From: a virus
Taxonomy: Duplodnaviria; Caudoviricetes
Virus record (IMG/VR): IMGVR_UViG_3300033067_001009
Coordinates: 1-64,000 of that record
Length of the DNA: 64,000 nucleotides
Strand: one strand, 5' to 3'
Part shown: piece by piece, positions 40,401 through 48,905 of the stretch
Layout: every line of letters begins with the position of its first letter
How positions within the stretch are numbered: the stretch's first letter is position 1
Position numbers and translations under genes: made by a program
The notes under the pieces: model-generated
What the model saw: only the letters and a program-made list of their open reading frames with translations
Database searches by the model: none
What the model was told of the DNA's origin: nothing

Positions 40401-43400
40401 GATTGGGTCGACGTGACGACTATCCGTGACGGTGTCAAGTACACCTTTAGGATTACACCCGAACACGCTGACGGTAACAACGTCGACATCAAGCAGGAGG
40501 CTACCACGGAGCCGTCAGGAACCACATTGATTATGCGTATCCCTGAGAAAGTCCAGTCAACCAGCGGAGATGAGAAAGATGTGTGGCTGCCTTATGACCT
40601 CTCCCGAATCCAGACACTTAGCAAACCGCTGCTGGGAGACGTGGAGGTGTTGGCAGGTGATTCGTGGGGAGGCGAGACTACGTGGAAGCCGATCACGACG
40701 ATGGGTAAACACTTCGACTATTCGCAGATACCGAAGTTCACATCCGTCAACTTCTCTTGGGGGTCTGCCGACATCTACATCGGTACTGAAAAGAAAGACA
40801 AGTACGATGTCAAACACAACATTTTGTCGAACGGAATCTACCAATTCGACATTATGTTCGGTAAGTACGATAGCAGATTCCCACACGATGTAATGGTCGA
40901 CGTGCATCCGAAAGCCAAGGCTGGAGATGCCGCGTACCCGTTCGACATCCGGCGCGAGGGGTTCAACCATCTCATCGAAAAAGACGTTGCCGCTCTGAAA
41001 GCGTACATCGAGACTATCGGGTTGATAGAGCAGGTCGAGGACGAAGCCGAGACGTTCAAGTCTATGAAGCAGCTGCCGAGGGTCAAAGTCAACGGGCTGG
41101 CGATGACGACCGAGCAGAAAGAAGCGGTCAAGGATACGGTCAAGAAAGAGAACGCTCCGGTCGAGAAGCCGCAGGTCAAGTACGACAACCTCCAAGTCAA
41201 GGACGGTGTCATAAGCACGACCGATAAGACCACTGGCAAGACAGTCATTCTGATCGACACCAACGAGGGTAAAGACACCGATGAGGGTGACGGCGAGGGT
41301 GAGCGTAAAAAAGCATTCGACAAATCGTTCGATCCGGACAAGAAGCTCAAGACGGCAGCGGATATGCTGCACGACATCGGCATCGACCCCTCGCAGCCGG
41401 TGTTCCACAACAACACGAACATCGACTGGATGTCATTCCATCCGGACGCTCCGGAGTTCTTTTCGCAGATGGGTTCGCTGATGTCCGATCTGAAAGAGGA
41501 GATCGCCAAGCTCGGAGACTACGTCTCGAAAGCAGTCAAGCCGGATTTCTATTCTGGCATCTCCATCGACAAGAGCTACGCAGGTGTCAATATCAAGATA
41601 CCTTTCAGCGGTATGTTCATCAACCCGTTCTACGTGGCAGCCGGTGTCGGGACGGACTTCAACGGTATCGTCAAGTCTCTGTACCACACGATGCTCCACG
41701 AAGCTGTACATTTCTATGTACGCGCACATAACGACTCGTTCGCGTCAGGACTGTGGACTATCGATTCCAATATGGCGACGACCGGCGCACACGCCAAGAT
41801 GACTGTCAAGCTCGAAATGGTATTGAAGAAACATTTCGAGATGTACAAGGAGATGAAGAAAGAGTATGACAAATTCTCAACAAAAAATATTAGAGGCTCT
41901 CTGGAGGGGGAACGCAGCGAAAGCGATGAATCGTTTGAGCCAGAACTCAGCGACGAGCAAATCGAACAAAGGTCAGAACGGTTTTGGGGGAAACTCTGGA
42001 ATCGATACGCTAATGCTACAAGTGAACCAGTCGTTAGCGTTAGCAACGCAGAAGAGGGACGCAAGGACAGCGAACGACTTCCAAGCGATAAAAAACAAAA
42101 TCAAATCGTTCCCGACAAACAAAGCTCTGTTGACATATCTAAACTCTCTGTCGGTGACCAAGTAACTTTCCGGTCGGGAGCTAAAGGCTTCGTCGTCTCG
42201 GTAGAGGACGGCAAGGTCACGGCCGTATTGCAGGACGGCACGTTCAAGGAACTCAAGGCGATCAAGCCGAAGATCGAGAAGAATCCGAGTACGGATCAGA
42301 ACAAGACCACCTTGAGTGTCGACACTGCAAGCGCTCCGGCAGAGCCGACCGATCCTGTCACGTCACCATACGAATCGCTGGAGGATGAGGAAGTCCACAA
42401 TATGCTCATCAACGACATCAACCTGCCACTCCAGCAGCAGGTTCAGTCAGGATACGGGGGTACCAAAGTATCGAGCACCGATGTCATCAACAGCTTCCGT
42501 AAGGTATTGGAGCAAATCGGCAACACTGTTATCCGGATGGGGCGCACCGGCAACATACAAGCCGAGGGCATCTACAAGCCGAGGGTCGAGGTCATCCGGC
42601 TGGGCAGAGCCAACAAGATCACGGCTGCCGCGCACGAGGTCGGACACGCGATCCAGAAAGCCGTGTTCGGTGCTGTATCCGGCAGATCGTTGGGTGGGCT
42701 GTCTCCGATTGTCCGTCGCCAGCTGATCGATCTGGGTCGTGAGCTGTACGGGGATCGTGTACCGAAAGGCGGGTATGCCGCCGAGGGGTTTGCCGAGTTC
42801 ATCCGGATGGCTCTGACCGGAGACACCACAACCGTCAACGTGTCGGCTGTCGAGGACTGGTACAACAACGAGTTCCTCCCTAACAACCCTGAACTTGAGA
42901 CCGTACTGTGGGATGCCAGATCGACGGTAGACGACTACATCAACCAAGGTGCCAAGAGCCGGTCGGATGCCAATATGCCGGTAAAGAAATCCGTCAAGGA
43001 ACGACTGGCCGGACTCAGGAACTTTTTTAGAAAGATTCCGACTTGGATGAACGAAGACCTGACACCGTTGCTGCGGCTGACCCGACGTGTCGAATCTATT
43101 ACCGGACTCAAGCTGTCGTTCGGAGAAGACCCGTACTCGGTTGGCTCTGCCTTACGTGGCCTTGCTCCATCCCGAGTGGCCTATATGGCGTACGAGAATA
43201 TGGTCGATGCGAACGGCAATATAGTAGGCAGACCTCTGATAGATGCAACCCAGCTCGTTCGTGACTCGGAGCGAGACTTCACGCATTATCTGTGGGCGCG
43301 GCGTACTATCGAACTGCTCGACCGAACCAAGACGCTCGACGACGGAACCGTCGTACCCGATCCGAAAGCCAGCGGTATGTCGAGAGAGGATGCCGAGTTT

Positions 43401-46073
43401 CTGATCTCCGAGTTCGACACTCAGTACCCGCAGTTCGAGATCGCCGCCCAGCAGGTGTACGACTGGAACCGTGGCGTTCTTGAGTATGTCCGTCAAATGG
43501 TTCCCGACCTCGACGAATCGATCCAGCGGGTCTTGGACAGTTCTCAGAACTACGTTCCTTTGATGCGTGTGTTTGATGACGTGGAAGAGGATGTGTTGGC
43601 GGGTAAGTACAGCGGGTTCGGGAGTAATTCTCTTAAGACTTTGAAAGGGTCTGACAGGAGGGTGAAGTCGATCTTTCCGCAGCTCTTGGCAAATGCCGAG
43701 CGGCTCATTCAGATGGCGCACAAGCGCAAGGTGCTGGACACCATCGTCAGTCTGGGCGAGATCGATGGCGTTGGTCAGCTGATCGAAGAGGTGCCGCAGT
43801 CCCAGCGTCCGAACAACGTGACCATCGAGCAGATCGCCAGAGGTCTGACGGATGCCGGTGTCGATCTGGACGGCATCGATCTGGATCAAGCGATCACGTA
43901 TTTCACACCAGCCCAGCGTCCGCAAGGTAAAGACCCGATTGTACCGCTCGTCAGGGACGGCGCGATTCGCTGGTACTACGTGAATGCCGAGCTGTACAAC
44001 ACACTTTCCGGCCTGGACATACACAAACTCCATCCGATACTGGATTGGACGTTCGGCGTGTCGACACGTGCGTTCCGTCTAGGAACCACCGGACTCAAAG
44101 CATCGTTCTCTTTGTTCACTAATCCGATGCGCGACATCCCGACTCTGTATATGCAGACCCAGACTAATAATCCGGCACGGCTGGTGATGGAGTATTTCAG
44201 GGCTATTGGTTCGGCGCTCAACCCTAAACGGTTGGTAGGAGAGAATACCACTGCACTTGATTTAGTGCACCGTCTCGGTGTCTCTATGTCACAGCCTCTC
44301 GGAACTGATGAGGCAATCACGACCAAGGCATCCAAGGAACTATTCAAGTCCCCGTTCAAACGGGTCGTCACCCAGCCTATCACGATGCTGCGCGAACTGT
44401 TGAGCACACCGGAAATGATCCCACGTGAAGCAGAGGTGCGAGCTATCGCCAAAGAGATAGGTTACACTATCGGAACCCCGATGGATTTCAATACGATGGT
44501 ACAGCTGAGTCTCGCCGGTCGTCGGGCGACTGTCGACTTTGCGGCGATGGGTACGGTGGGCAGAGTAATGAACCAGATGATTCCGTTTTTCAATGCGAAT
44601 ATTCAGGGATCACGGTCGTTCATCCGTGCTTACCAAGCACGTCCCGTGCGTACTACTTTAACCGGATTGGCGGTGATGACGTTGCCGACTTTATGGCTCT
44701 GGTGGAAGTACAAGGACGAGGATTGGTGGCGCAAGATGCCGACCCGCGAGAAGTTCCAGTACTGGCACTTTCGTGTCGGTGACGAGGTGATCCAGATTCC
44801 CAGAACTCAGGATTGGGGAGGTGTGTTCGCGTCTGTCCCCGAAGCTCTGCTCGACGGGTGGTATCAACGTGACCCGAAAGGTGTGGAGAAATCAATGGGT
44901 TACCTCTTTGACAACGTCACTCCTGACATTCTCCCGACGATTGCCAGAGCCGCTGTCGAGCAGCTCGGCAACCGCATCGATTACTTCGACCGGCCTATCG
45001 TACCTACCGGCGATCTTAATAAACCGGCAGCGGAGCAGTACAGCCCGTACACCTCGGTGTTCGCTAAGTGGTTGGGTGCTCATCTTCCGAACTGGAAAGT
45101 CCTGAACATCCCGATCAACAGCCCTCGCCGGATCGATGCGCTCATCCGGACGATGGCTGGCGGGGTCGGTAGCGATCTGGCGCATCTTTTGGACATTAGT
45201 AAAAAGGATTTGACGTTAAGTGATCTGCCGGTTATCGGCAGAGCATTCAGGCAGGGTGGCGTGGAGGGTGTCGGCAGCACCGATGTCGAGAACTTCTACG
45301 ATGCTTTGGATGAAGCTAAGACCAGAGCGGCGAGCGAGGCGAATCCCGAGTCCCCGCAGGAGCAGCAGCAGCGTCAGCTTCTCGAAGACACCAGCAAGAC
45401 CATCGCTGTCGTCAGGAAGCTGGCTGTCGAAGCTCCGACCGTGAGAGAGCGGGAGCGGTACTCGCGTCTCGTCAACGCGCTGGCCGATTTGGCAGTCAAC
45501 CGCAAGCTCGACTATACGACCGAGCAGAACCGGAAGCTGCTGCCGGAGGACATCGACCTGCTCAAGCAGACCGAATCCAAGATCGCAGAAGTGACTCAGG
45601 TGACCGGCGCGTTCGATTCAGGAAAGGTCGAGGACATCAAGGAGCTGCCGAAGAGAGATCAGCGGGAGGTTTTGAAAGAGGGGCTGCTGACCGATCAGCA
45701 GCAGAAGTTCTCGTCTCTGACGAATGTGGAGAAGCTGTTCAAGTTTCGAGTGTCGACACTCGAAGACAAGGCACGGCAGTCGGCATTCATCACGAAAGCG
45801 ATCAACGATCTGAAAGCGAAGCGGGACAAGCAGCCGAACGAACAAGCATTGATTGGTGAATTGGAACGTGCTCAGTCGAACTTCGATGCGGAATTATCGA
45901 AGCAGCCGGAAGATGAGCGACGGAGGTTGGAACAGATCGACGACGAGACCGAGAAAGCTGTTTCTGTGGGAGGCAGAACTCGTCGCAGGAGTAGGCCAGC
46001 AAGAGAGGGTCGCCCCAATAAGAACGACCCTCTGAACAAACTGTTCAAGTTCTACGAGCAGAAACAGAACTAG
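34473..46073 (+). CDS. large polyvalent protein (SLT + GHKL ATPase + zincin-like HExxH x2 + LPD38)
   Basis: SLT: MAKESSG...AKGYMQV...ALAAYNAG (~34670-34950). GHKL: KEAFQNSFDA...DNGIGM...GGFGMAK (~40100-40540). LHEAVH ~41695, AHEVGH ~42630. LPD38-like IPFFNANIQG...IPRTQDWG (~44530-45200). Confidence 0.85.
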   Translation: MFDEEAVNAAANALLKMSPQTEATFSAPDVVPEPVPEPTPVPQPEPMPPIPQNNDDEEDVQTRTKRIAKREGVDPKLILAMMAKESSGKKKARSWANAKGYMQVTPDKIKTYYKENPNADPYDAEANITAGVRYMKRLLKRYGGDVRKALAAYNAGEKQALDRPDWEKYAETWSNDKEVQAGRKPRGKSDPTNTLNYVNHIYSNYKSGKTFTDVGYQIDDEAVNAAANALKNMPPPKVDEDAINAAAAALSKSQPPATTITPTEGTTPTPETYPRTDVQGFDKQGNPATVAKFGDTPIPPVTPTSVDTQTDDALPEVAQKTEGITNPPEFEFWDKTTGQQFWVDPDRKGLKDSQIRLLPVPNVVKTPEDKAKQDNTPRIIEKDPDGNYYFVQTGQVATKQPTVVQKVRKVPTKVPVSQPSGDGQIRSPLEELKTTGQTKLGSATVKMVGQPDGDTIKVEDEDGETYKIDAKTGDVEDESMAEVADTFSFNRVPLNLRPTTSLEDAKTQATYQIASQMKSKYGIAVQDFAAWQANKGFIDFDTKGEANPDSFYQPYTTDESTPSTELGKSLLTTNTYSITRREMAELQQFSARQSKAREDAVLQMIASGQFPTPETLNRLEVDLAKIANDRRDDYMMAREKQAVSLEDFDRFKRESYMRGMDDYEASITAGTKLGWYTDKFAQTELENWRKEKLNAQSRVDAAYGGDQNPDNAVRIQLEKRAAVGVLQQRAQQFGTITNLVNIRLKMQQEEAAAKQAIEDRMNQLWGGGTLPSLAYFGEATKNVVFNFGKGLYSTVISDMVKGAVTITKPIADGASMLLGVEGTRNLNVSDNIVYRAMQTVDDFVDKAKPSTNDDFRQTDSPAGFFVSDIPQGVASSLGFLLPSVSKYPRVAIALYSTVGMVSNGYEEAKAAGADEIDAQRYGIVSGGLLGWTEIFGSSEALIRLNRGSGGALWRQFLKKAFAEAAKEVPEEIFQEGVQTIGSNALARLTYDPNRELDRGLGRAMLAAGFSAGLVSTGVTLLNTVRYSRQIKTALAADRANGIETLRNFGNGNVYLYGKKITVTDEIQPLIDKHTELHDRITTAYKLMDRLKTEAQTVPLEKRAEFYKLIQDIAKNTAKDVVEQRNTAQAILDRTNPTKPDIVDTMTPEQVAEVREEPVPPPVAAVEEEQKKYIVVEPINKPEEKGQGTFVDNAADIEQSGVPEPIFKGALPTGAAPVDTNPVQETAPEPASVDTQGYTYDPNSPTPWRDFVESKGHKFRDIKATSPEYPALRDEFNKLKEAHTDIAPATEPVQEDPKPMTPRPTQTQTEYIQKYVGLHGDLFADAAQAAADEHYAVVKEHVKNGGTITKKVYDSMQPRHQRHFDQHYNSRGDKITANASISSTTATKPYHVSVGDVIQVDLPHGTHTMKVTDVDGRMVHGLKSDADGNTVKERISVELGEHKVTNLSAPETKLGGVDNASIVDDGKLPNSQSVKAGDSITYGNQKATVVKVTNKTVVVQHDGDTKTRTIKKDTFDALPVVNHTGQAEADQLTHGREFGTSTATPEEAADRQWEQVQEEEAKSQPVQPRLDGVETKESPENMEPHANGATPLETWAKDNPDAVRDIDTQYPAPTEDEMTIVKLFDDPESVENWEKSPAALLKMLQKHDLLDGLTMSEVSDDLKEDLKEAEDAEERQQMKLDYITEQLGYESNPFGDKYEARWQALYDRYTEIYNRNQQQGTATEVAAEEAPVSEEPAAKFYEGDEVTLKDGTDAVVSSVLPDGKLEVEMPDGTLETVPISSVKPQVEENTAPTSVSPEASIYDHDELEARMDQLYKDTYLDTQGLETMYRLLMSGQHDKLNELLTLIETGIAQTSYMASEKQLKNIKGKVTANIRALLRLIGEQMYKGDIVEINVKEAFQNSFDAVKAAVEKGLITNPQIKIALDQSNRTLTVTDNGIGMNKKIILESFLVIAGSSKENTDPSGGFGMAKAPLLFGNDWVDVTTIRDGVKYTFRITPEHADGNNVDIKQEATTEPSGTTLIMRIPEKVQSTSGDEKDVWLPYDLSRIQTLSKPLLGDVEVLAGDSWGGETTWKPITTMGKHFDYSQIPKFTSVNFSWGSADIYIGTEKKDKYDVKHNILSNGIYQFDIMFGKYDSRFPHDVMVDVHPKAKAGDAAYPFDIRREGFNHLIEKDVAALKAYIETIGLIEQVEDEAETFKSMKQLPRVKVNGLAMTTEQKEAVKDTVKKENAPVEKPQVKYDNLQVKDGVISTTDKTTGKTVILIDTNEGKDTDEGDGEGERKKAFDKSFDPDKKLKTAADMLHDIGIDPSQPVFHNNTNIDWMSFHPDAPEFFSQMGSLMSDLKEEIAKLGDYVSKAVKPDFYSGISIDKSYAGVNIKIPFSGMFINPFYVAAGVGTDFNGIVKSLYHTMLHEAVHFYVRAHNDSFASGLWTIDSNMATTGAHAKMTVKLEMVLKKHFEMYKEMKKEYDKFSTKNIRGSLEGERSESDESFEPELSDEQIEQRSERFWGKLWNRYANATSEPVVSVSNAEEGRKDSERLPSDKKQNQIVPDKQSSVDISKLSVGDQVTFRSGAKGFVVSVEDGKVTAVLQDGTFKELKAIKPKIEKNPSTDQNKTTLSVDTASAPAEPTDPVTSPYESLEDEEVHNMLINDINLPLQQQVQSGYGGTKVSSTDVINSFRKVLEQIGNTVIRMGRTGNIQAEGIYKPRVEVIRLGRANKITAAAHEVGHAIQKAVFGAVSGRSLGGLSPIVRRQLIDLGRELYGDRVPKGGYAAEGFAEFIRMALTGDTTTVNVSAVEDWYNNEFLPNNPELETVLWDARSTVDDYINQGAKSRSDANMPVKKSVKERLAGLRNFFRKIPTWMNEDLTPLLRLTRRVESITGLKLSFGEDPYSVGSALRGLAPSRVAYMAYENMVDANGNIVGRPLIDATQLVRDSERDFTHYLWARRTIELLDRTKTLDDGTVVPDPKASGMSREDAEFLISEFDTQYPQFEIAAQQVYDWNRGVLEYVRQMVPDLDESIQRVLDSSQNYVPLMRVFDDVEEDVLAGKYSGFGSNSLKTLKGSDRRVKSIFPQLLANAERLIQMAHKRKVLDTIVSLGEIDGVGQLIEEVPQSQRPNNVTIEQIARGLTDAGVDLDGIDLDQAITYFTPAQRPQGKDPIVPLVRDGAIRWYYVNAELYNTLSGLDIHKLHPILDWTFGVSTRAFRLGTTGLKASFSLFTNPMRDIPTLYMQTQTNNPARLVMEYFRAIGSALNPKRLVGENTTALDLVHRLGVSMSQPLGTDEAITTKASKELFKSPFKRVVTQPITMLRELLSTPEMIPREAEVRAIAKEIGYTIGTPMDFNTMVQLSLAGRRATVDFAAMGTVGRVMNQMIPFFNANIQGSRSFIRAYQARPVRTTLTGLAVMTLPTLWLWWKYKDEDWWRKMPTREKFQYWHFRVGDEVIQIPRTQDWGGVFASVPEALLDGWYQRDPKGVEKSMGYLFDNVTPDILPTIARAAVEQLGNRIDYFDRPIVPTGDLNKPAAEQYSPYTSVFAKWLGAHLPNWKVLNIPINSPRRIDALIRTMAGGVGSDLAHLLDISKKDLTLSDLPVIGRAFRQGGVEGVGSTDVENFYDALDEAKTRAASEANPESPQEQQQRQLLEDTSKTIAVVRKLAVEAPTVRERERYSRLVNALADLAVNRKLDYTTEQNRKLLPEDIDLLKQTESKIAEVTQVTGAFDSGKVEDIKELPKRDQREVLKEGLLTDQQQKFSSLTNVEKLFKFRVSTLEDKARQSAFITKAINDLKAKRDKQPNEQALIGELERAQSNFDAELSKQPEDERRRLEQIDDETEKAVSVGGRTRRRSRPAREGRPNKNDPLNKLFKFYEQKQN

Positions 46074-47095
46074 GCAGCGCCGGTGTCACCATCGGGAGCC
46101 GCAGTCGTAGTAACTTTCGGCGCGGCTTTCTTTTTGGGAGCGGCCTTGCCTTTGGCTTTCGATGCCGGTTTGGCTTTCGCCTTGGTGGTTTTCTTCGCCG
46201 CTTTCTTCGGCGCGGCTTTCTTCACGACGGGCTTCGGCGGCGGCAGGGGAGCGTCACCGAACTCCTGCTTGCCCATCTTGAGAATCCACGAAGACATCGA
46301 GCCGTACTTGCCCTGCACCTTGTCGACCACGTACTGCATCTGATCCGAGACGACGACCTGAATGTTCATCATCCGTTCCTTGACGGTTTTCTTCTTGCCG
46401 CTTTCGGCTTCCTTGAGAGCGGCTTCCCGTTCTTTCAAGTCGGCCTTGCGAACTTCGTCGATGTTCATCCCACCGTTGACCCGCTTGACATCGCGTCGGG
46501 CGAAGTCCTTGCCGTACGCCAGCGTCGACTGCCGCATTTCACGGAAGTAGTCGAGCATTTCGTCCGGCGTACACCACGTGGTGTCCTGCACCTGCAAGGC
46601 CAGCCGGTAATCTTCCCGTGCCAGCAGGGCTTCCGGCGAGTTGCCCAAGTCTTCGACGAGCTGCTTGCCGAACTGCTTGTAGATGCGGAAGTCTTCCTGT
46701 AAGGTCTGACGCTCCACCCCGACTTCCTTGCAGATGCCGCGCAGGACGGTGTCGACACCGTTACCGGCCTCGGTGTTAAATTCCTTACCGGCTTCCTGAA
46801 CCCGCAGGACGATTTCGTAGGCCGCCGCGCCCCGCAGGACGAACGCCGCTTTCTCCGTTTCGACGACCGAGCCGAACAGCCGCTTGAGCTGGTCGTCGCT
46901 CATCAGCTTCTTGCCATCTTTGTCGGTACCGTGGATGACGTTCACCAGTGTCGCCGCACGACCTGACACCGACAGGCTGGTGCTGGCTGCGTTGTACTGG
47001 ATAAGGTTCATATCTGTGGCTTCCGGCGTCTCGATGATCTCGGCATCCAAGACTTCGACTTCTTCATTTACTTTGTTGTTGATTTGTTCTGACAT
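46070..47095 (-). CDS. protein with histone H1-like Lys/Ala C-terminal tail
   Basis: KKAAPKKAAKKTTKAKAKPASKAKGKAAPKKKAAPK; stop codon overlaps that of the giant gene. Confidence 0.8.
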   Translation of the reverse strand: MSEQINNKVNEEVEVLDAEIIETPEATDMNLIQYNAASTSLSVSGRAATLVNVIHGTDKDGKKLMSDDQLKRLFGSVVETEKAAFVLRGAAAYEIVLRVQEAGKEFNTEAGNGVDTVLRGICKEVGVERQTLQEDFRIYKQFGKQLVEDLGNSPEALLAREDYRLALQVQDTTWCTPDEMLDYFREMRQSTLAYGKDFARRDVKRVNGGMNIDEVRKADLKEREAALKEAESGKKKTVKERMMNIQVVVSDQMQYVVDKVQGKYGSMSSWILKMGKQEFGDAPLPPPKPVVKKAAPKKAAKKTTKAKAKPASKAKGKAAPKKKAAPKVTTTAAPDGDTGAA

Positions 47096-47122
47096 TTTTA
47101 TTTCTCCTAACTTAAGTTAATT

Positions 47123-47143
47123 GTTGACTGTTGACTGTTGACT
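47123..47143. repeat. (GTTGACT)x3 tandem repeat
   Basis: Intergenic, just upstream of the RBS of the 341-aa gene. Confidence 0.85.
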
Positions 47144-47161
47144 ATGGCGATTCACGCCGAT

Positions 47162-47551
47162 TTATTTTCTGACCTTTGTTACGATATAGCCCGACCCGCT
47201 CACACAGGTGGCCGACAGTAATGGCTGTGTATATTCGAGCGTGACCCGCTCGCCCTTGTCTGCCGCTTCGTTGATCTGGTTGACGATGTTCGGGTCGGCA
47301 ACCGAGAAGTTCCACGTGGTCGGTACGACCGTGCCGGCACCGGTGTTGCTGGCAACACCGACGTTCATCTGACCCTCGTAGGTCTTGCAAAAGAACCCCT
47401 TGTAGGATACCTTGACCGGCACCCCGACACGTTCTCCGGAGCTGTACTCAATCGGCACACCACCGAATAACTTCACCAGTGCGATAATTACTATCACCCC
47501 CAGTATGACCAAATAGGCACATCCCTCTGTGCGGTCGTCTGATTTACTCAT
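47162..47551 (-). CDS. membrane-anchored conserved hypothetical protein
   Basis: N-terminal TM; YSSGERVG...KGFFCKTYEG...FSVAD pattern. Confidence 0.7.
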   Translation of the reverse strand: MSKSDDRTEGCAYLVILGVIVIIALVKLFGGVPIEYSSGERVGVPVKVSYKGFFCKTYEGQMNVGVASNTGAGTVVPTTWNFSVADPNIVNQINEAADKGERVTLEYTQPLLSATCVSGSGYIVTKVRK

Positions 47552-48611
47552 CGTCTTCATCCTCCTCTTCGCTGTCTGGGGAAAATCCCCAGTCACAGAA
47601 ATTGCACCTGAATCCGTCAGCTTCGGGAACCACCGCATCGTTATCGTCACAGATAGGGCAGTCCGGCATCTCGCCGTTTGCCGGAACCTGAACGGGTTCA
47701 GCCAGCGTATTCTGAACAAATTCCGCAACTCTGTCGTAGTTGCGCGAGATCGACCGCAACGTATTCTTGTGGCCGTTCTCCTCATCGATCACCTGCTGGT
47801 AGATCGCGTCGTCACGGTACTCCGAGACGTACCGTCTGACCAGCTCCGAAAGCACTGCCGGTCGTAGTGCGTCGAGTTCCCACGAACTGTCTCCGTGAAT
47901 CGCTCGGTATGCGTCGGCTCTGGGGTCGGTGACCTTGGTCGGATTCGGGGGAGGGTTATACTGCTCGATCTGATCGAAGTTGAGCGCCAATCTGCGGACG
48001 ACCACGCCGGTACGGCTGAGTAGACTGAGACGTTCCTGCACGTCTCGCGTCATATCGATGCCGCTCGGATCGTGATCTCCGAAGTGGAGAATCTCGGTCG
48101 ATTGGCTATTGCTTCTCGACCGGTTCCGAATGCGCTGGGCAGCGGCGAACATCTCCGAGATCGACGTGTACCCACGGCAAGAGAAAAGTGGCACGTCGAA
48201 CTCTTGGCAGACCCGCTCGAAGACACCGACGAGCGCATCTTTCTCGATCCAGATTTCAGGGACGACACGCTGACCTACCCACTTATCCATCCTGAAAGAA
48301 TAGTATGCCGAATCGATCACGCTGGCCGGAGTGCTCCAGTGCGTGAGTGCTCGGACTGCCCTTGTTCGATCACCGATATGTTCCCAGTCGATCAGACCCG
48401 CCAGCCGTGCGTTGTTCATCACGTCCGACAGCTTCGAGTATTCCCGCTGGTTATTGGCGATGATGTCACGTGACACCGACTGGTAATAGAGCTGCCTGAG
48501 AGTCAGGTAACCACCGCTCTCTTCGACGGACTCCTCAAGTATTGCATCGCATTGTTCGATTAAGTCGATTGTTTCAGGCTTGAACCTGAATGTCCTGAAT
48601 GCTTGTTTCAT
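47544..48611 (-). CDS. Topo VI subunit A-like / Toprim protein
   Basis: TLRQLYY...EIWIEKDAL...RGY...HFGDHDPSGIDM...ELDAL. Confidence 0.8.
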   Translation of the reverse strand: MKQAFRTFRFKPETIDLIEQCDAILEESVEESGGYLTLRQLYYQSVSRDIIANNQREYSKLSDVMNNARLAGLIDWEHIGDRTRAVRALTHWSTPASVIDSAYYSFRMDKWVGQRVVPEIWIEKDALVGVFERVCQEFDVPLFSCRGYTSISEMFAAAQRIRNRSRSNSQSTEILHFGDHDPSGIDMTRDVQERLSLLSRTGVVVRRLALNFDQIEQYNPPPNPTKVTDPRADAYRAIHGDSSWELDALRPAVLSELVRRYVSEYRDDAIYQQVIDEENGHKNTLRSISRNYDRVAEFVQNTLAEPVQVPANGEMPDCPICDDNDAVVPEADGFRCNFCDWGFSPDSEEEDEDDE

Positions 48612-48620
48612 AGTCTAGTC

Positions 48621-48905
48621 TCATCTGTTCAGGTTGCCTATGTACAAGTTCAACAAACTTTCCAGCTGCAACCTACCAAGGATGATAGCATCACAATATT
48701 TTTTATTGCAAGTGACGCGACCATCTTTTATCACCCAGTACTCATTGTGTACAAGTCTCTCGAAAATCAAATGAGTGTCGACACTCGTGATACTGTACAC
48801 GATAAGGTCTGGTTTTGCCTCGCTGTAAAGGCACTCGAACCCCAATTCCTTGAAGTCCGAATGTCTCAACGTCGGAGTTACGTTTTCGTACGATCCGTAG
48901 TTCAT
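48621..48905 (-). CDS. hypothetical protein
   Basis: Coupled ORF; contains a palindrome copy. Confidence 0.55.
   Translation of the reverse strand: MNYGSYENVTPTLRHSDFKELGFECLYSEAKPDLIVYSITSVDTHLIFERLVHNEYWVIKDGRVTCNKKYCDAIILGRLQLESLLNLYIGNLNR
48682..48711 (-). promoter_or_regulatory. internal promoter upstream of the Toprim gene
   Basis: TTGCAA-N18-TATCAT with extended -10 TGc. Confidence 0.45.

Noticed and set aside
32934-46073. Tape measure protein
   Set aside because: No periodic Trp/Phe helical repeats; the multi-enzyme polyvalent architecture fits an ejected protein better.
47162-47551. Metabolic-enzyme label sometimes attached to this family
   Set aside because: No dinucleotide-binding motif; just a TM anchor and a small beta domain.
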